A DNA stretch of 64,000 nucleotides from an uncultured Methanosarcinaceae archaeon (GCA_963721455.1 CAVRJG010000051.1:54820-118819); one strand, 5' to 3'. Shown: positions 30,924-41,510, counted from the stretch's first letter. Notes: a model not told the origin generated them from the letters alone. A program made the numbers and translations.

Positions 30924-33452
30924 TCAAAATTTTACTCTTTTATAAAAAATTCTCTTTATTGTCTCAGCCGTAAGGATGTACAGCCCTATTATTGCTCCAA
31001 GAATCAAAATAACCTGTATTGGGAGAGGTTTGAAGCCAAAAGGTGCTGCAAAAGGTGTCAGGGGGAAGGCAAGTGCCAGAGCTCCGGTCAGCACGGTAGC
31101 CAGTAGCAGGTATTTTCCTGGTCTGCTCCTGAAAAAAGGTTTTCTGCTCCTGATTACCAGTACTATCATGGATGCTGAAATAACGGATTCAACAAACCAG
31201 CCTGTCCTGAACTCTTCTGTAATTCCTGGAAGGAGGAAAAGTAAAGTACCGAAAGTCAAGTAGTCGAATACAGAACTGGTAATGCCAAATACCAACATAA
31301 ACCTGCGGATAAAACCTATATCCCATCTGCGAGGCTTTTCGACCATTTCCCTATCCACTGCATCCGTGGCTATGGTCATCTCTGGAAAATCGGTCAATAA
31401 GTTGATTAACAGGATCTGTGTAGGCAGCAGGGGAAGGAAAGGCAAGAAAAGGGACGCTCCTGCCATGCTGAACATGTTCCCGAAATTGGCACTTGTAGCC
31501 ATGAAAACGTACTTCAGGGTATTGGCAAAGGTTTTCCTCCCCTCCTTTATCCCCTCCACAAGCGCATCCAGGCTCTTTTCCATCAGCACAATGTCTGCAG
31601 CTTCTTTGGCGACATCTGCAGCACTGTCAACCGAGATTCCCACATCTGCTGCATGAAGAGCAGAAGCGTCATTAATGCCGTCTCCCATATATCCGACGAC
31701 ATTTCCGCTTTTCTTAAGCGCAAGGATAATATGCTCTTTCTGGCTCGGCTCTACCTCGGCAAAGACATCATTATCGTTTACCTGTTTCATCAGGGCCTCG
31801 CTGCTCATCTTATCAAGTTCGCTTCCGGTTAGAACCTTTGAGTTCTTAAGCCCCACCTCCCGACTGATACTGCCAGCCACAAACCTGTTGTCTCCGGTAA
31901 TAATTTTCAGAGAAATTCCAAGCTGCCCCATGCTTTCTATCGTTTTTGTAATGTCTGGCTTTGGCGGGTCAAAAAAGAAGAGGAACCCGAGGAAGATCAT
32001 CCCTGTTTCCTGTTCTTTTCCGATAGTTTTCTGCTGCCCCATCTCCCTGTACGCAACTCCCAGCGTTCGAAGCCCTTTTTCGCTGAACTCCTCAAACTGC
32101 TGCTCAATCCATTCCTTTAACTCGGAAATTTCTACTGTTTTTCCAGGTTCAGCCTCTGCCAGGGAGCAAATTTCAAGAATATTCGGGAGCGCACCTTTGG
32201 TTATCATCAGGTTCGTGCCGCTTTTTGAGACGAGGATGCTCAATCTTTTGCGCACAAAATCATAAGGGATTTCGTCCAGTTTCTCATACTCGGCCAGATC
32301 GGGTTTATTCTGTGCAAGAATTGCCCTATCGATCGGGTTTTCAAAGCCTTTCTGATAATAGGCGTTAAGGCTGGAATAAAGCAGGATTTTTTCATTCTGT
32401 TCTCCTTTGAGGTCCTGAAAGGAATGGAGTTGCAGCTCCCCCTCGGTCAGAGTGCCGGTCTTGTCAGAACATAGCAGGTTCATGCTGCCAAGGTTTTCAA
32501 TGGAAGCCAGCCTTTTGACAATCACTTTCTTTTGCGCCATCTCTCTTGCGCCGTGGGAAAGGTTAACACTTATAATTGCAGGCAGGAGCTGAGGGGTCAG
32601 ACCCACTGCAAGAGCCAGCGAGAAAAGGAAAGAGTCAAGGATCGGGCGCTGGAGATATACATTGATCGCGAAGATGGTTATTACCATCAGCATCGTAACT
32701 TCCATTAAAAAGTATCCAAAATGTGAAATTCCCTTTTCAAATTCCGTTTCCGGGGGCCTGAGTTTTAGTTTCTCTGATATTTTCCCAAACTCAGTTCCCT
32801 TTCCTGTGGAAACTGCCAGCACTTTTCCGCTGCCGCTGACCACGCTGGTTCCCATCCAGAGGGAATTTGTGCGCTTTGCAAGCGGGGTTTCTGCTTTCAG
32901 TACGCCGACTATTTTTTCTACGGGATAGGTCTCTCCTGTGAGAGTGGCTTCACTAACGAAAAGGTTCTTTGAGTCCAGAATAAGGCAGTCTGCAGGAATT
33001 ATATCTCCTGCGTTGAGGATTATTATATCCCCTGGCACGATCTCTTCCACAGGGATTTCTTTTTCTTCGCCGTCTCTGAGCACTGCCGCCCTTATTTGCA
33101 CCGCAGCCAGAAGTTTCTCAAAAGCGTTAGATGCTCCCTTTTCCTGCCAGAATCCAAGCAGACTGCTGACCAGAATAATAGCCGCGATGATTATGGTGTC
33201 TGTTGGTTCGTGGAGGAAAAAGGCAAGTCCGGCTGCAAAAAGGAGGATAAGGGTAATCGGACTTTTGAATTGCGAAAGCAGGAGTGTAAGGGTATCGGAC
33301 CGTTTTTTTGGTTTGAGAATGTTAGCCCCGTATTTTTTAAGGCGTTCACTGCTTTCGGAGCTTTTCAGGCCTTCAGCCGTTGTTTGGAGTTCCTGTAACA
33401 TCCCGGACGCAGAAATACTCCAGAATTCAAGCTTTTTCTCCTTATTGGCCAA
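30924..33452 (-). CDS. mgtA: magnesium-translocating P-type ATPase
   Basis: TGET, AVGLTPQLLP, DKTGTLT, GDGINDA, SANFGNMFS. Confidence 0.93.
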   Translation of the reverse strand: MANKEKKLEFWSISASGMLQELQTTAEGLKSSESSERLKKYGANILKPKKRSDTLTLLLSQFKSPITLILLFAAGLAFFLHEPTDTIIIAAIILVSSLLGFWQEKGASNAFEKLLAAVQIRAAVLRDGEEKEIPVEEIVPGDIIILNAGDIIPADCLILDSKNLFVSEATLTGETYPVEKIVGVLKAETPLAKRTNSLWMGTSVVSGSGKVLAVSTGKGTEFGKISEKLKLRPPETEFEKGISHFGYFLMEVTMLMVITIFAINVYLQRPILDSFLFSLALAVGLTPQLLPAIISVNLSHGAREMAQKKVIVKRLASIENLGSMNLLCSDKTGTLTEGELQLHSFQDLKGEQNEKILLYSSLNAYYQKGFENPIDRAILAQNKPDLAEYEKLDEIPYDFVRKRLSILVSKSGTNLMITKGALPNILEICSLAEAEPGKTVEISELKEWIEQQFEEFSEKGLRTLGVAYREMGQQKTIGKEQETGMIFLGFLFFFDPPKPDITKTIESMGQLGISLKIITGDNRFVAGSISREVGLKNSKVLTGSELDKMSSEALMKQVNDNDVFAEVEPSQKEHIILALKKSGNVVGYMGDGINDASALHAADVGISVDSAADVAKEAADIVLMEKSLDALVEGIKEGRKTFANTLKYVFMATSANFGNMFSMAGASLFLPFLPLLPTQILLINLLTDFPEMTIATDAVDREMVEKPRRWDIGFIRRFMLVFGITSSVFDYLTFGTLLFLLPGITEEFRTGWFVESVISASMIVLVIRSRKPFFRSRPGKYLLLATVLTGALALAFPLTPFAAPFGFKPLPIQVILILGAIIGLYILTAETIKRIFYKRVKF

Positions 33453-33507
33453 CCGGATGTCCCCTTATCTTCTCCTTATCGCCTGCTCATTACCTGCTTA
33501 TTTTCCC

Positions 33508-34644
33508 TCAAGCCTCCGTAACCCTCAAGATTTTGGCAAGCTCCTGTCCTTCGCTCCCTATGGTTGAAAGTTCTCTCAAAATCTCCGACTTCCCAAGGTA
33601 TTTTTCTGTTCTGATCCCTTCGGGCTCTTCGATTTTGAGGGTAATTTCCCCTTTAGTATATCCTTTTTCAATGCATTGCGTTACCAGTTGTCCGTATATA
33701 GCAGCAATTAGCTTCAGGCAGTCAAAAACTCTGTTCTCGTCGATTACGTTTTTGCCGTCAAGCATAATACGCCTGAGCCTCTTTGACCCCACGGATTCCG
33801 TGAAGAGCTCTATGAGCTTTATTATGAATATATTGACAGAGTCCCTGTTTAAAGCGGCGGACAGTTCTTCATATCCTGTAATTTCATAATCCTTGTGCAC
33901 AATCAGGAAAGTCTTCCCATCCGCCGACATTATGAATCTGTTTTCCGGGTCTTTGTTGTCTTCAAGTATAGCTCTCAGGTTATTTCCTTCGTATTCTATA
34001 CTCGAGATATAGAAGTCAGATATATCGAGTTTTTTCACCTTTTTTTCCCTGGATATGATTCCGCTCTTTGACCAGACCGGCAAAGTCAGGTCATGAAGGT
34101 CCTTTACCTTTTGCGTGTCCCGCGTGAAATCCAGTTCAAACTCGTATTGAATGCCGTCACCAAAACTAACCTGCTTTCCTTTCAGTTTTTTATCCTCAAC
34201 GGAAGCATAATAGGTGCTTTTAGTTCCATAGATACTGTCTTCAAAAAAAGGGCTCAGGGTTGAGAGTATCCTTGTCTCAAGCTGCTGCACTTCCATGAGG
34301 TCCAGTTTATTCCCCCTGTCGAGCTCTTCAAGTTTTTCATTCTTTTTTGCCAGCGCCACTGTCGAGGAGGTCTCAAGAGTTCTGGCTTTTACCTCAAGAA
34401 TCTCCGCTGCATCGACTCCAGCTGCACGGCTTTCAATACAATCCCTTATATCTTTCTCAAACATGTCTATTTCTTTAATCCTTTTTTCGGAAATTACAAT
34501 CTTTTCTCTGTTCTCGTTTTTGATCTTGATAGCTGATTTTTCCAGAGGTATGACTTCTTTTGAAATTCTTATAAAATCCTGCAGGTCCTGGATAAAATCT
34601 CTCTGGACAGGAAAATCGGTAGAATCCTGAAAAGTATATCTCAT
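33508..34644 (-). CDS. hypothetical protein (coiled-coil N-half)
   Basis: 378-aa ORF co-oriented directly upstream of mgtA. Confidence 0.75.
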   Translation of the reverse strand: MRYTFQDSTDFPVQRDFIQDLQDFIRISKEVIPLEKSAIKIKNENREKIVISEKRIKEIDMFEKDIRDCIESRAAGVDAAEILEVKARTLETSSTVALAKKNEKLEELDRGNKLDLMEVQQLETRILSTLSPFFEDSIYGTKSTYYASVEDKKLKGKQVSFGDGIQYEFELDFTRDTQKVKDLHDLTLPVWSKSGIISREKKVKKLDISDFYISSIEYEGNNLRAILEDNKDPENRFIMSADGKTFLIVHKDYEITGYEELSAALNRDSVNIFIIKLIELFTESVGSKRLRRIMLDGKNVIDENRVFDCLKLIAAIYGQLVTQCIEKGYTKGEITLKIEEPEGIRTEKYLGKSEILRELSTIGSEGQELAKILRVTEA

Positions 34645-35530
34645 TTTAAAATCTCCATTCCTTCCGCATTAAAAACGTTTTTATTTAAATTATGTTTTTT
34701 CCCACATTAAGTTTGTGAGCTTACATTTTTGAAAAGGATAATGCGGTTTCCTCTCTTATTTCCAGGGATTTCAAAAAATCTGAGAAGTCTCTCTAAATAT
34801 TAAAGTCTTATTCTGTCTGGATTTTCTCTATAACCTTAAATCAAATAACCTATCTTCCCAGGTTTTCAACTTCAAAATTTTTTCATTAATTAATATTGAA
34901 TTTCCTTTTTTATTTCATTCAAAATTTTTCAACTTGTATCTTTCAGAAAGATTTATATCAGTTATTGTGCAATCTTAGTTATATTATCATCACAAGATAA
35001 TATATAAAGACGTGTACTCTATGTAAAAATAGAACATTTGCCGTCAGTGGAATTTAGCTTACGATAAATTTACGCTGACGCTTTGCGATAATAGGTGCAT
35101 GTCTTATGTTCCGGGCTGATTGTCAGCACTGGTACAAAAACGGGATTAATTCACGGCTTACCTGATTGCAGCAAGAACCAATTAGGTTACTGCTTGCCGC
35201 ACCAGGATCAGAGGTACCGCATTTCTCTCAAAAACGAGTTCATGAGAAGTGTTAGGTTTCTTGTCAACTGAGTAGATAAGAATTATATCAGTTTAATTAT
35301 GTAGAGGGGGTTGGGCTGAGAAAATAGGGGTAAATTATAAACTATGATTATCCTAACAGTCTTTTCTTATTTAATATGTTAATTCCTTATGGGCTTAACA
35401 TTTATAGACTGTTTGTCGAATGGTATTTTAATATCTGGGTCTGCTATACCTCTTGACTTATAAATATTATTTTATATGATCTACTATTCAATATTAAATT
35501 GGAGTTAAATTGGAAATTTGAGGAATCAAG

Positions 35531-38395
35531 GTGCAGAACATGAAACAAAGATCAATACAATTTAGTGCACTGCTCATCATATTCCTTGTCTCAGGGATAG
35601 GAAGTGCACTTGCAGAACCATTCTCTTTTCCAGAAGCCAATGTGACCGCTGGTAATATGAGCGTTCTGATCAACTACACCGTAACCGGTTACGAACCGGG
35701 AGACACTGTAAATATCACCGCAGATTTCAATCGATCTGTCGATCACGCAAACATATCGATTGCTCCAGGCAATCTAAGTAATTTTAACCGCAGTCGTCCA
35801 AATTTAGTGGGCGCTAGTAATGACCTGGGCGTTAGTGACTTTTTAGTAACTGATGCTCCGATGACACCACAAGTAGGTGGTAATGAACTAGGTGGTAACT
35901 CCTTTAGCTTTGACTCTCCGATCCCACAGGACCTGATGGGTCTTTTCGATGTTGAAATCTCTCCATTTGACGCTGAAGGAAATCCGCTGAATGGCGGCGG
36001 AGATCTTTCAGATCTTGGTGGATTTGAAGTTGATCCGTACATAGATATCATTAGCCCTGACTCCGAGTTCGCCAACAACAGCTGTGTCAACTTCAATTTC
36101 AGTGCATACGATTATGCTGGATACGGTCAAGCTGGAGGGCAAATCACCTACACTTTCTATCTCAATGGTATTGCAAAGAGTACCGGGGCTATAGCCTCTG
36201 GTGCATATAAACAACTTGAGCTTAATCTGGCTGACGGCTATTACACATGGGAAGTTAAAACCAAGGACAGTATGAACACCATACACACAAGTGGCTCTCG
36301 TTCTCTGTACGTGGACACTCAATGTCCCAGTGTAACACTTATTTCTCCTGAAGATTGCTTTAAAGAAGTAATAGGTCCCGAAACAAAATTCAACTTCACC
36401 TGTGGAGATGCCTTAACAGCTCAATACCCAAGTGACCTTGATCTCACATACACATTGTATGTAGATGGACAACCTGCAGGTCTTCCCGGGGACATAGATC
36501 TCGAAGATCTGGCTTCTGAGGCCGGCATGGATTTCGCAGATATGCTTTCCCTCATATATCCCGACGGTAAGAGTTCCGGGGTCATGGACTCTGGAGCCTA
36601 TAAAGTCGAGGAACAAACTCTCGATGACGGTGTTCACTACTGGTATGTTTCAGTTGAGGATGGAGCTGGAAACAGCGTTACAAGTGAAGTCAGGAAATTC
36701 TATGTGAGTCTTGACGGGCTTATAGTCACTCTCGTTTCTCCTAACGGAGTATTCGTTCCCTCAAACCCGACATTCAACTTCAATGTTACGGGACAAGTTA
36801 TAGGATCTGATAACGGGACCGAAGTCGAGGAAGGAGCAGGGCTGCCTTTCGACGTCAAACTTCTCATTGACGGTAAAGAAGTAAAGGTAAGTAGCGAATG
36901 CGACGGCGACTGCCCCAACTGTGACGAAGAAGAAAATGTCTGCGACGAATGTGGCGAAGACGAAAATGTATGCGACTGCCCCAACTGTGACGAAGAAGAA
37001 AATGGCAAAAACTGTGTGAGCTGCGCCGAAGGAGATTGCACCGGAGGAAATTGCGACGAGTGTGGCTTCTTTGTCGGTGAACGCGCCTATTCCGTAACAG
37101 CTGCGGTAGCAGATGGAATTAACAAAAACTGGACAGTAATTATTACTGACAGTACAACCGGCAAAACCTACCAGCCTAATGTGTTCGGTTTCTCAGTTGA
37201 TAGTGTTGCCCCGGCTGCTGTGGCAAACCTGAATGTTGAAGATGCACTGGGTTCTACCGATTGGACCTCTACGAGAGATTATCCCGGGCTGATGGTTAAC
37301 TGGAATGCAAGCACTGACAAAGATCTTGCCGGTATGCCATATGAAGTCTATATCAGCACATTTGAGCCAAGCTGCATTGAGGATATGCAAAAGGTAGACA
37401 CATCTGGGTTAGAGACTCACACAGATGGGACAAAGACTCCAAACCAGAAATTAGAGAATTCAAGCGTTACGGATCTGTGCATTGAAGCACTCGACGGAAA
37501 TGACCTTGTCTACGGCAAGGACTACTGGGTGGCTGTTATTGCTCGGGACAACGCCAGCAACTACAACTCTGCTTTCTCCAGGTGCGGTCCTGTACGGACA
37601 TATGAAGATATGGATATTACGCTTGAACAGGGCTGGAACCTGAAATCCGTTCCGAAGAGCCTCGTTGCATCGAATGCCTGCGCATCGGTCTTTGGTGAAG
37701 GTAGTACAGTTCTCTACTGGGACGGCTCATGCTGGCAATTCCCCGAAACCATTGAACCGTGCAAAGGCTACTGGGTCTACACTCCGGCAGCTCGCATGAC
37801 CAACGTCAAGTTCAAGGGAATGTCAGCTGACGGCACCAGTCCTGATGTGCCAGCTTCTCTTGAGCTCACTTCAGGGTGGCACATGATAGGGCACACCTCT
37901 GCATATGCTCAACCCTGGTCCACAACTTTGGTTTCTCTCAACAATCTCCATACTGAAACAGCCGACGACTACAGTTTCTCCAACCTTATCACTTATTCTA
38001 ACGGTGAAGGTTGGGGTGGCATAGTCCCTGTCAAAGAGGAGTCTGCAGGAGAATCCCTTAGTGGTAACAGTCATCCCGTGCCAGTTGAAGCTCTTCAGTC
38101 CAAAGGCTATATGGTTCCCGGACAGGGCTACTGGATCTTCATGAAGGATAAGGGTACCTACGCATCCATCGAAAACGTATACAACCCGAATGTAGGCCAG
38201 AATACGAACAACAACGGAGGTTTCCCGGAAGGCTTTGATCTGGATAATCAGGGTACGTGGCCTTCAGGCTTTGAACCGTCGGATGCAGGTACGTGGCCTG
38301 TAGGTTTTAATCCGTTGAATACAGATACGTGGCCTGTAGGTTTTGATCTGGCTGATCTTAGCGAGTTACTGAACGTGATGAATCTGGAATCCTAA
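35531..38395 (+). CDS. large secreted Ig/FN3-like surface protein with Cys-rich insert and C-terminal 12-aa repeats
   Basis: Signal peptide, repeated beta-sandwich motifs (YTWEV/HYWYV), two (L)..GW(N/H)...PxxGYW domains. Confidence 0.85.
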   Translation: MQNMKQRSIQFSALLIIFLVSGIGSALAEPFSFPEANVTAGNMSVLINYTVTGYEPGDTVNITADFNRSVDHANISIAPGNLSNFNRSRPNLVGASNDLGVSDFLVTDAPMTPQVGGNELGGNSFSFDSPIPQDLMGLFDVEISPFDAEGNPLNGGGDLSDLGGFEVDPYIDIISPDSEFANNSCVNFNFSAYDYAGYGQAGGQITYTFYLNGIAKSTGAIASGAYKQLELNLADGYYTWEVKTKDSMNTIHTSGSRSLYVDTQCPSVTLISPEDCFKEVIGPETKFNFTCGDALTAQYPSDLDLTYTLYVDGQPAGLPGDIDLEDLASEAGMDFADMLSLIYPDGKSSGVMDSGAYKVEEQTLDDGVHYWYVSVEDGAGNSVTSEVRKFYVSLDGLIVTLVSPNGVFVPSNPTFNFNVTGQVIGSDNGTEVEEGAGLPFDVKLLIDGKEVKVSSECDGDCPNCDEEENVCDECGEDENVCDCPNCDEEENGKNCVSCAEGDCTGGNCDECGFFVGERAYSVTAAVADGINKNWTVIITDSTTGKTYQPNVFGFSVDSVAPAAVANLNVEDALGSTDWTSTRDYPGLMVNWNASTDKDLAGMPYEVYISTFEPSCIEDMQKVDTSGLETHTDGTKTPNQKLENSSVTDLCIEALDGNDLVYGKDYWVAVIARDNASNYNSAFSRCGPVRTYEDMDITLEQGWNLKSVPKSLVASNACASVFGEGSTVLYWDGSCWQFPETIEPCKGYWVYTPAARMTNVKFKGMSADGTSPDVPASLELTSGWHMIGHTSAYAQPWSTTLVSLNNLHTETADDYSFSNLITYSNGEGWGGIVPVKEESAGESLSGNSHPVPVEALQSKGYMVPGQGYWIFMKDKGTYASIENVYNPNVGQNTNNNGGFPEGFDLDNQGTWPSGFEPSDAGTWPVGFNPLNTDTWPVGFDLADLSELLNVMNLES

Positions 38396-38479
38396 TTTCC
38401 GGAACAACTGACTGTTCAGCCTGAACCGGCTGAACGGTTCTTTTTCTTTTTGTTGTTCGCGTATAATTGGAGGTCTACA

Positions 38480-39208
38480 ATGAATACAAAATTAAAAAAT
38501 GGCCTGTTAGGAACATCTATACTACTGTTGTTTTTCCTGGCCTTCTCCCAGACATGCATGGCAGAAGCGGATGTTCCTTCAGCTCCTCCGACGCTCCCGA
38601 TGACAGTAACAGGAGTTGCCCTCATTGACGGCACACCTGCTCCCAACGGGACTGTTGTTGCAGCTTACCTTAATGAAAAAGAGTTTCTCGCAAATACTTC
38701 CTCTGGAAATTACTATCTCTTGATTTCTGGAGCTGCTGAGGATGAGGGAAAACCGGTTACTTTTAAAGTGGACGGAAAGAATGCTGCAAGCAGTGTTGCC
38801 TGGGGATCCGGAGGTATAGTTACCGTCGAACTGCCTGATGGTAAGGTAGTTTATTCGGAGACTACTGAAAGTAATTCAAATAGTGACACAAATATTAACA
38901 CAAATAGTAATTCAAATAGTAATCCAAATTTAAAAACAGGTTCAGAACCTTTGACAGCAAGTAAAGAACAGGGAGTTTCCGCAGAGGGCCTCAAAGCCGA
39001 GAACATTAAAAGCTCAGTCCTTGAGCCGAACATGACGGCTCTGAAAAATACGAGCGCAAACTCCGGAGATAAAGAGGCAGCAGAATCTTCCGAAGCTTCC
39101 CCTAAACCAAAAAGTGCTCCAGGTTTCCCTATTGCTTATGTGTTTGCAGGCATACTTCTGCTCGCTTTCGGATCCGATTTCGGGAGGGGATCTCGAAGGA
39201 ATCCCTGA
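38480..39208 (+). CDS. secreted protein with PGF-CTERM-like anchor
   Basis: Signal peptide, Asn/Ser linker, APGF + TM helix + basic tail. Confidence 0.8.
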   Translation: MNTKLKNGLLGTSILLLFFLAFSQTCMAEADVPSAPPTLPMTVTGVALIDGTPAPNGTVVAAYLNEKEFLANTSSGNYYLLISGAAEDEGKPVTFKVDGKNAASSVAWGSGGIVTVELPDGKVVYSETTESNSNSDTNINTNSNSNSNPNLKTGSEPLTASKEQGVSAEGLKAENIKSSVLEPNMTALKNTSANSGDKEAAESSEASPKPKSAPGFPIAYVFAGILLLAFGSDFGRGSRRNP

Positions 39209-39263
39209 AGGACTTTTTTAAAAAAAGTCTACATAATTAATGGTAAAATTTCAAGGTGACACG

Positions 39264-41162
39264 ATGACCATCAAGGACAAATATTTAAAAATTTTATCAT
39301 GCCTGGTTATTCTCCTACTGGGCTTATCCCTTGTTCCGTCTGCATCTGCCAGCAGTCCTCCTACTATCCCCAACGTGTTTGAAGGAAACCTTAAAGGAGA
39401 TGCTGCAAATGCGGGTCCCGGAATTACAATATCTGCATATATAGATTCAGAGCTTGTTGGCTCGAACACTCTTAAAGAGATTGGAAAGTACAAAGTGACA
39501 GTCTCGGGTACTGAGAAATATAATGGAAAAGCGATAACCTTCAAGCTGGGAGGCGTCGCATCCGAACCTGTTTCCGTTACCTATAAGCACGGAGCTTTGC
39601 CAGCGAAACTTGACCTGACTTTCTACGGAGACTTTATACCCCCAACTATAGAAACTTTATCTGCATCTCCCATATTCATCCTGAATGACGGGAAGGATTT
39701 CTCGACTGTCACGGCAAAGGTTGTAGATCCAAAATCCTCTAAAATTCCATTAGTGACCATCGACCTTACCCCCATAGGACAGGGAGTGGTTTCATTGAAT
39801 TCAGAGGGTGGAAACCTTTATACCTGCAACGTAAACAGTACTGTACCAGGTGAGTTTAAATTAGCCTTTACGGCTGCGTATCCCTCCGGAAGCAGTGTTA
39901 CAGAGAGGATCTCTATCACCGTATTGAAAGAAAGTGAACTCGCAACCAGGTTTGGAGGCGCTGACGGGGTCTTCTCTCCTGAGGAAATTAAGACTCTTGT
40001 AAATGATAACAATGTATCCAGTGGAATCAAATATGCAGTTCTGAGTGGATACTTTGCTGATGGGTGGGATCGGATTTTATATGCTGCTCAGGCTTCGGCA
40101 GGCAGTTCAGGAAGGGCTTTTCCTTCTTCGGTCACTCCCAATCAGGAGTTCCAGGTAACGGTCAATGTAGCCGACTACGGTGCTGCCGGGCAGGTCCTTG
40201 AAATGCTTCCTGCTGGTTTCACATTTGTTGGCTCGAATCTTCCGGAAAGAGCTATAACTGTAAATGGCAGCAATGTTTCCTTCCTGTTGATGAATGAAAA
40301 AAGCCTCAGCTACACCCTGAAAGCTCCGGCATCAACCGGTACATACAAAATTGTGGGTCTTTTAAGAGATATCAACAAAGCTGAATTTGCTATCCTTCCT
40401 GCCGACTGTTCCATCACTGTCAGTCAACCTTCCAGTAGCGACTCAGGCGGAAGCAGCTCAGGCGGAAGCAGTTCACACGGAAGCAGTTCAGGCGGCGGAG
40501 CAGGCGGTTCCCCCGAGCCCCAGAGCAACGTCGCTTCCAAGGAGCTGTCCCAGAAGTCTATCATCGCTGGAACACACGTAAAGTTCGAGTTTCCAAAGGG
40601 TACAACCTGCATAAGGTATGTGGAGTTTGATGCCAAAAAGAATCTGGGAAAGATCACTACTGTTGTCGAAATGTTGAAAGGTCAGTCCAAGCTGGTTTCG
40701 AGCCTGCCTGAAGGCACAGTTTACAAAAACGTGAACATCTGGGTAGGTTCAGGAGGAATAGCAAATCCTGAAAACATCGAAAACGCGGTCGTCGGCTTCA
40801 GAGTCGAAAAGACATGGCTCGAAAAATGCGGAGCTAATGCAACGTCTCTGGCTCTCTGGCACTACGATAAAACATGGAGCAAGCTTGAAACCAAAGAAGT
40901 TGGTGAAGACAACACCTACGTTTTCTTCGACGCCAAAACTCCAGGTTTCGGTCCCTTCACAATTGTCGTACCCAATGAGAACATAGAACTGAATCCTTCT
41001 GATTTGGTAAGTGGCAACTCCCCCATTCCTGAGGTTCCGAAATCGAACCTGGCGTCTGATTCGGAAAAGCCTTCGGACGAGAAATCATCTATTCCAGGTT
41101 TTGAGTCCGTAGCAGCCCTCGGAGTCCTTGGAGCTGTGTACCAGGTCCTGAGACGGAAGTAA
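39264..41162 (+). CDS. PGF-pre-PGF domain surface protein with PGF-CTERM
   Basis: GGGAGGSPEPQSNV, VYKNVNIWVG, TPGFGPF, IPGF-TM-RRK. Confidence 0.92.
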   Translation: MTIKDKYLKILSCLVILLLGLSLVPSASASSPPTIPNVFEGNLKGDAANAGPGITISAYIDSELVGSNTLKEIGKYKVTVSGTEKYNGKAITFKLGGVASEPVSVTYKHGALPAKLDLTFYGDFIPPTIETLSASPIFILNDGKDFSTVTAKVVDPKSSKIPLVTIDLTPIGQGVVSLNSEGGNLYTCNVNSTVPGEFKLAFTAAYPSGSSVTERISITVLKESELATRFGGADGVFSPEEIKTLVNDNNVSSGIKYAVLSGYFADGWDRILYAAQASAGSSGRAFPSSVTPNQEFQVTVNVADYGAAGQVLEMLPAGFTFVGSNLPERAITVNGSNVSFLLMNEKSLSYTLKAPASTGTYKIVGLLRDINKAEFAILPADCSITVSQPSSSDSGGSSSGGSSSHGSSSGGGAGGSPEPQSNVASKELSQKSIIAGTHVKFEFPKGTTCIRYVEFDAKKNLGKITTVVEMLKGQSKLVSSLPEGTVYKNVNIWVGSGGIANPENIENAVVGFRVEKTWLEKCGANATSLALWHYDKTWSKLETKEVGEDNTYVFFDAKTPGFGPFTIVVPNENIELNPSDLVSGNSPIPEVPKSNLASDSEKPSDEKSSIPGFESVAALGVLGAVYQVLRRK

Positions 41163-41199
41163 GAATAAAGTACTAAATCCCGAAATAAATTTCCATTTA

Positions 41200-41232
41200 A
41201 AGCAGCCTTCAAAGCTGCTTATTTTCTTTTTT
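41200..41232 (+). terminator. hairpin plus T-tract after the surface-protein cluster
   Basis: AAGCAGC-CTTCAAA-GCTGCTT followed by a T-rich run. Confidence 0.6.
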
Positions 41233-41347
41233 AATCCTGCTTTCCAGCGATTTCATGTTTTCTCACACTCATTTTCTCAGAAAAGACAATAACTTTACAT
41301 CATCGGTTTTATATTTCTAATGTACACATCTACACTTAATTCACTCC

Positions 41348-41510
41348 AGACTCTATAACCACGGAAAATTATGGAGTACACGGAAAAGCTAAAACTTTTC
41401 AACTCAGTCCGCTTGAGCGAGCAAAGCGAGTGAAACGGACAGCGTACTCCCGAGGCGCAATTCGGGAAGTGAAACGGCCCCCGTGCTGTTGCGATTGCAT
41501 CGCAACTCCC
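41348..41510. repeat. GC-rich multi-hairpin intergenic repeat element
   Basis: Stems 41407-11/41436-40, 41448-53/41462-67, 41488-95/41499-506; first 20 bp identical to 28528-28547. Confidence 0.6.

Noticed and set aside
30976-33889. Long plus-strand ORFs antisense to mgtA (and similar shadows on cdc48, katG, ribH and the transposase)
   Set aside because: They are antisense shadows of well-supported genes and show no recognisable motifs.
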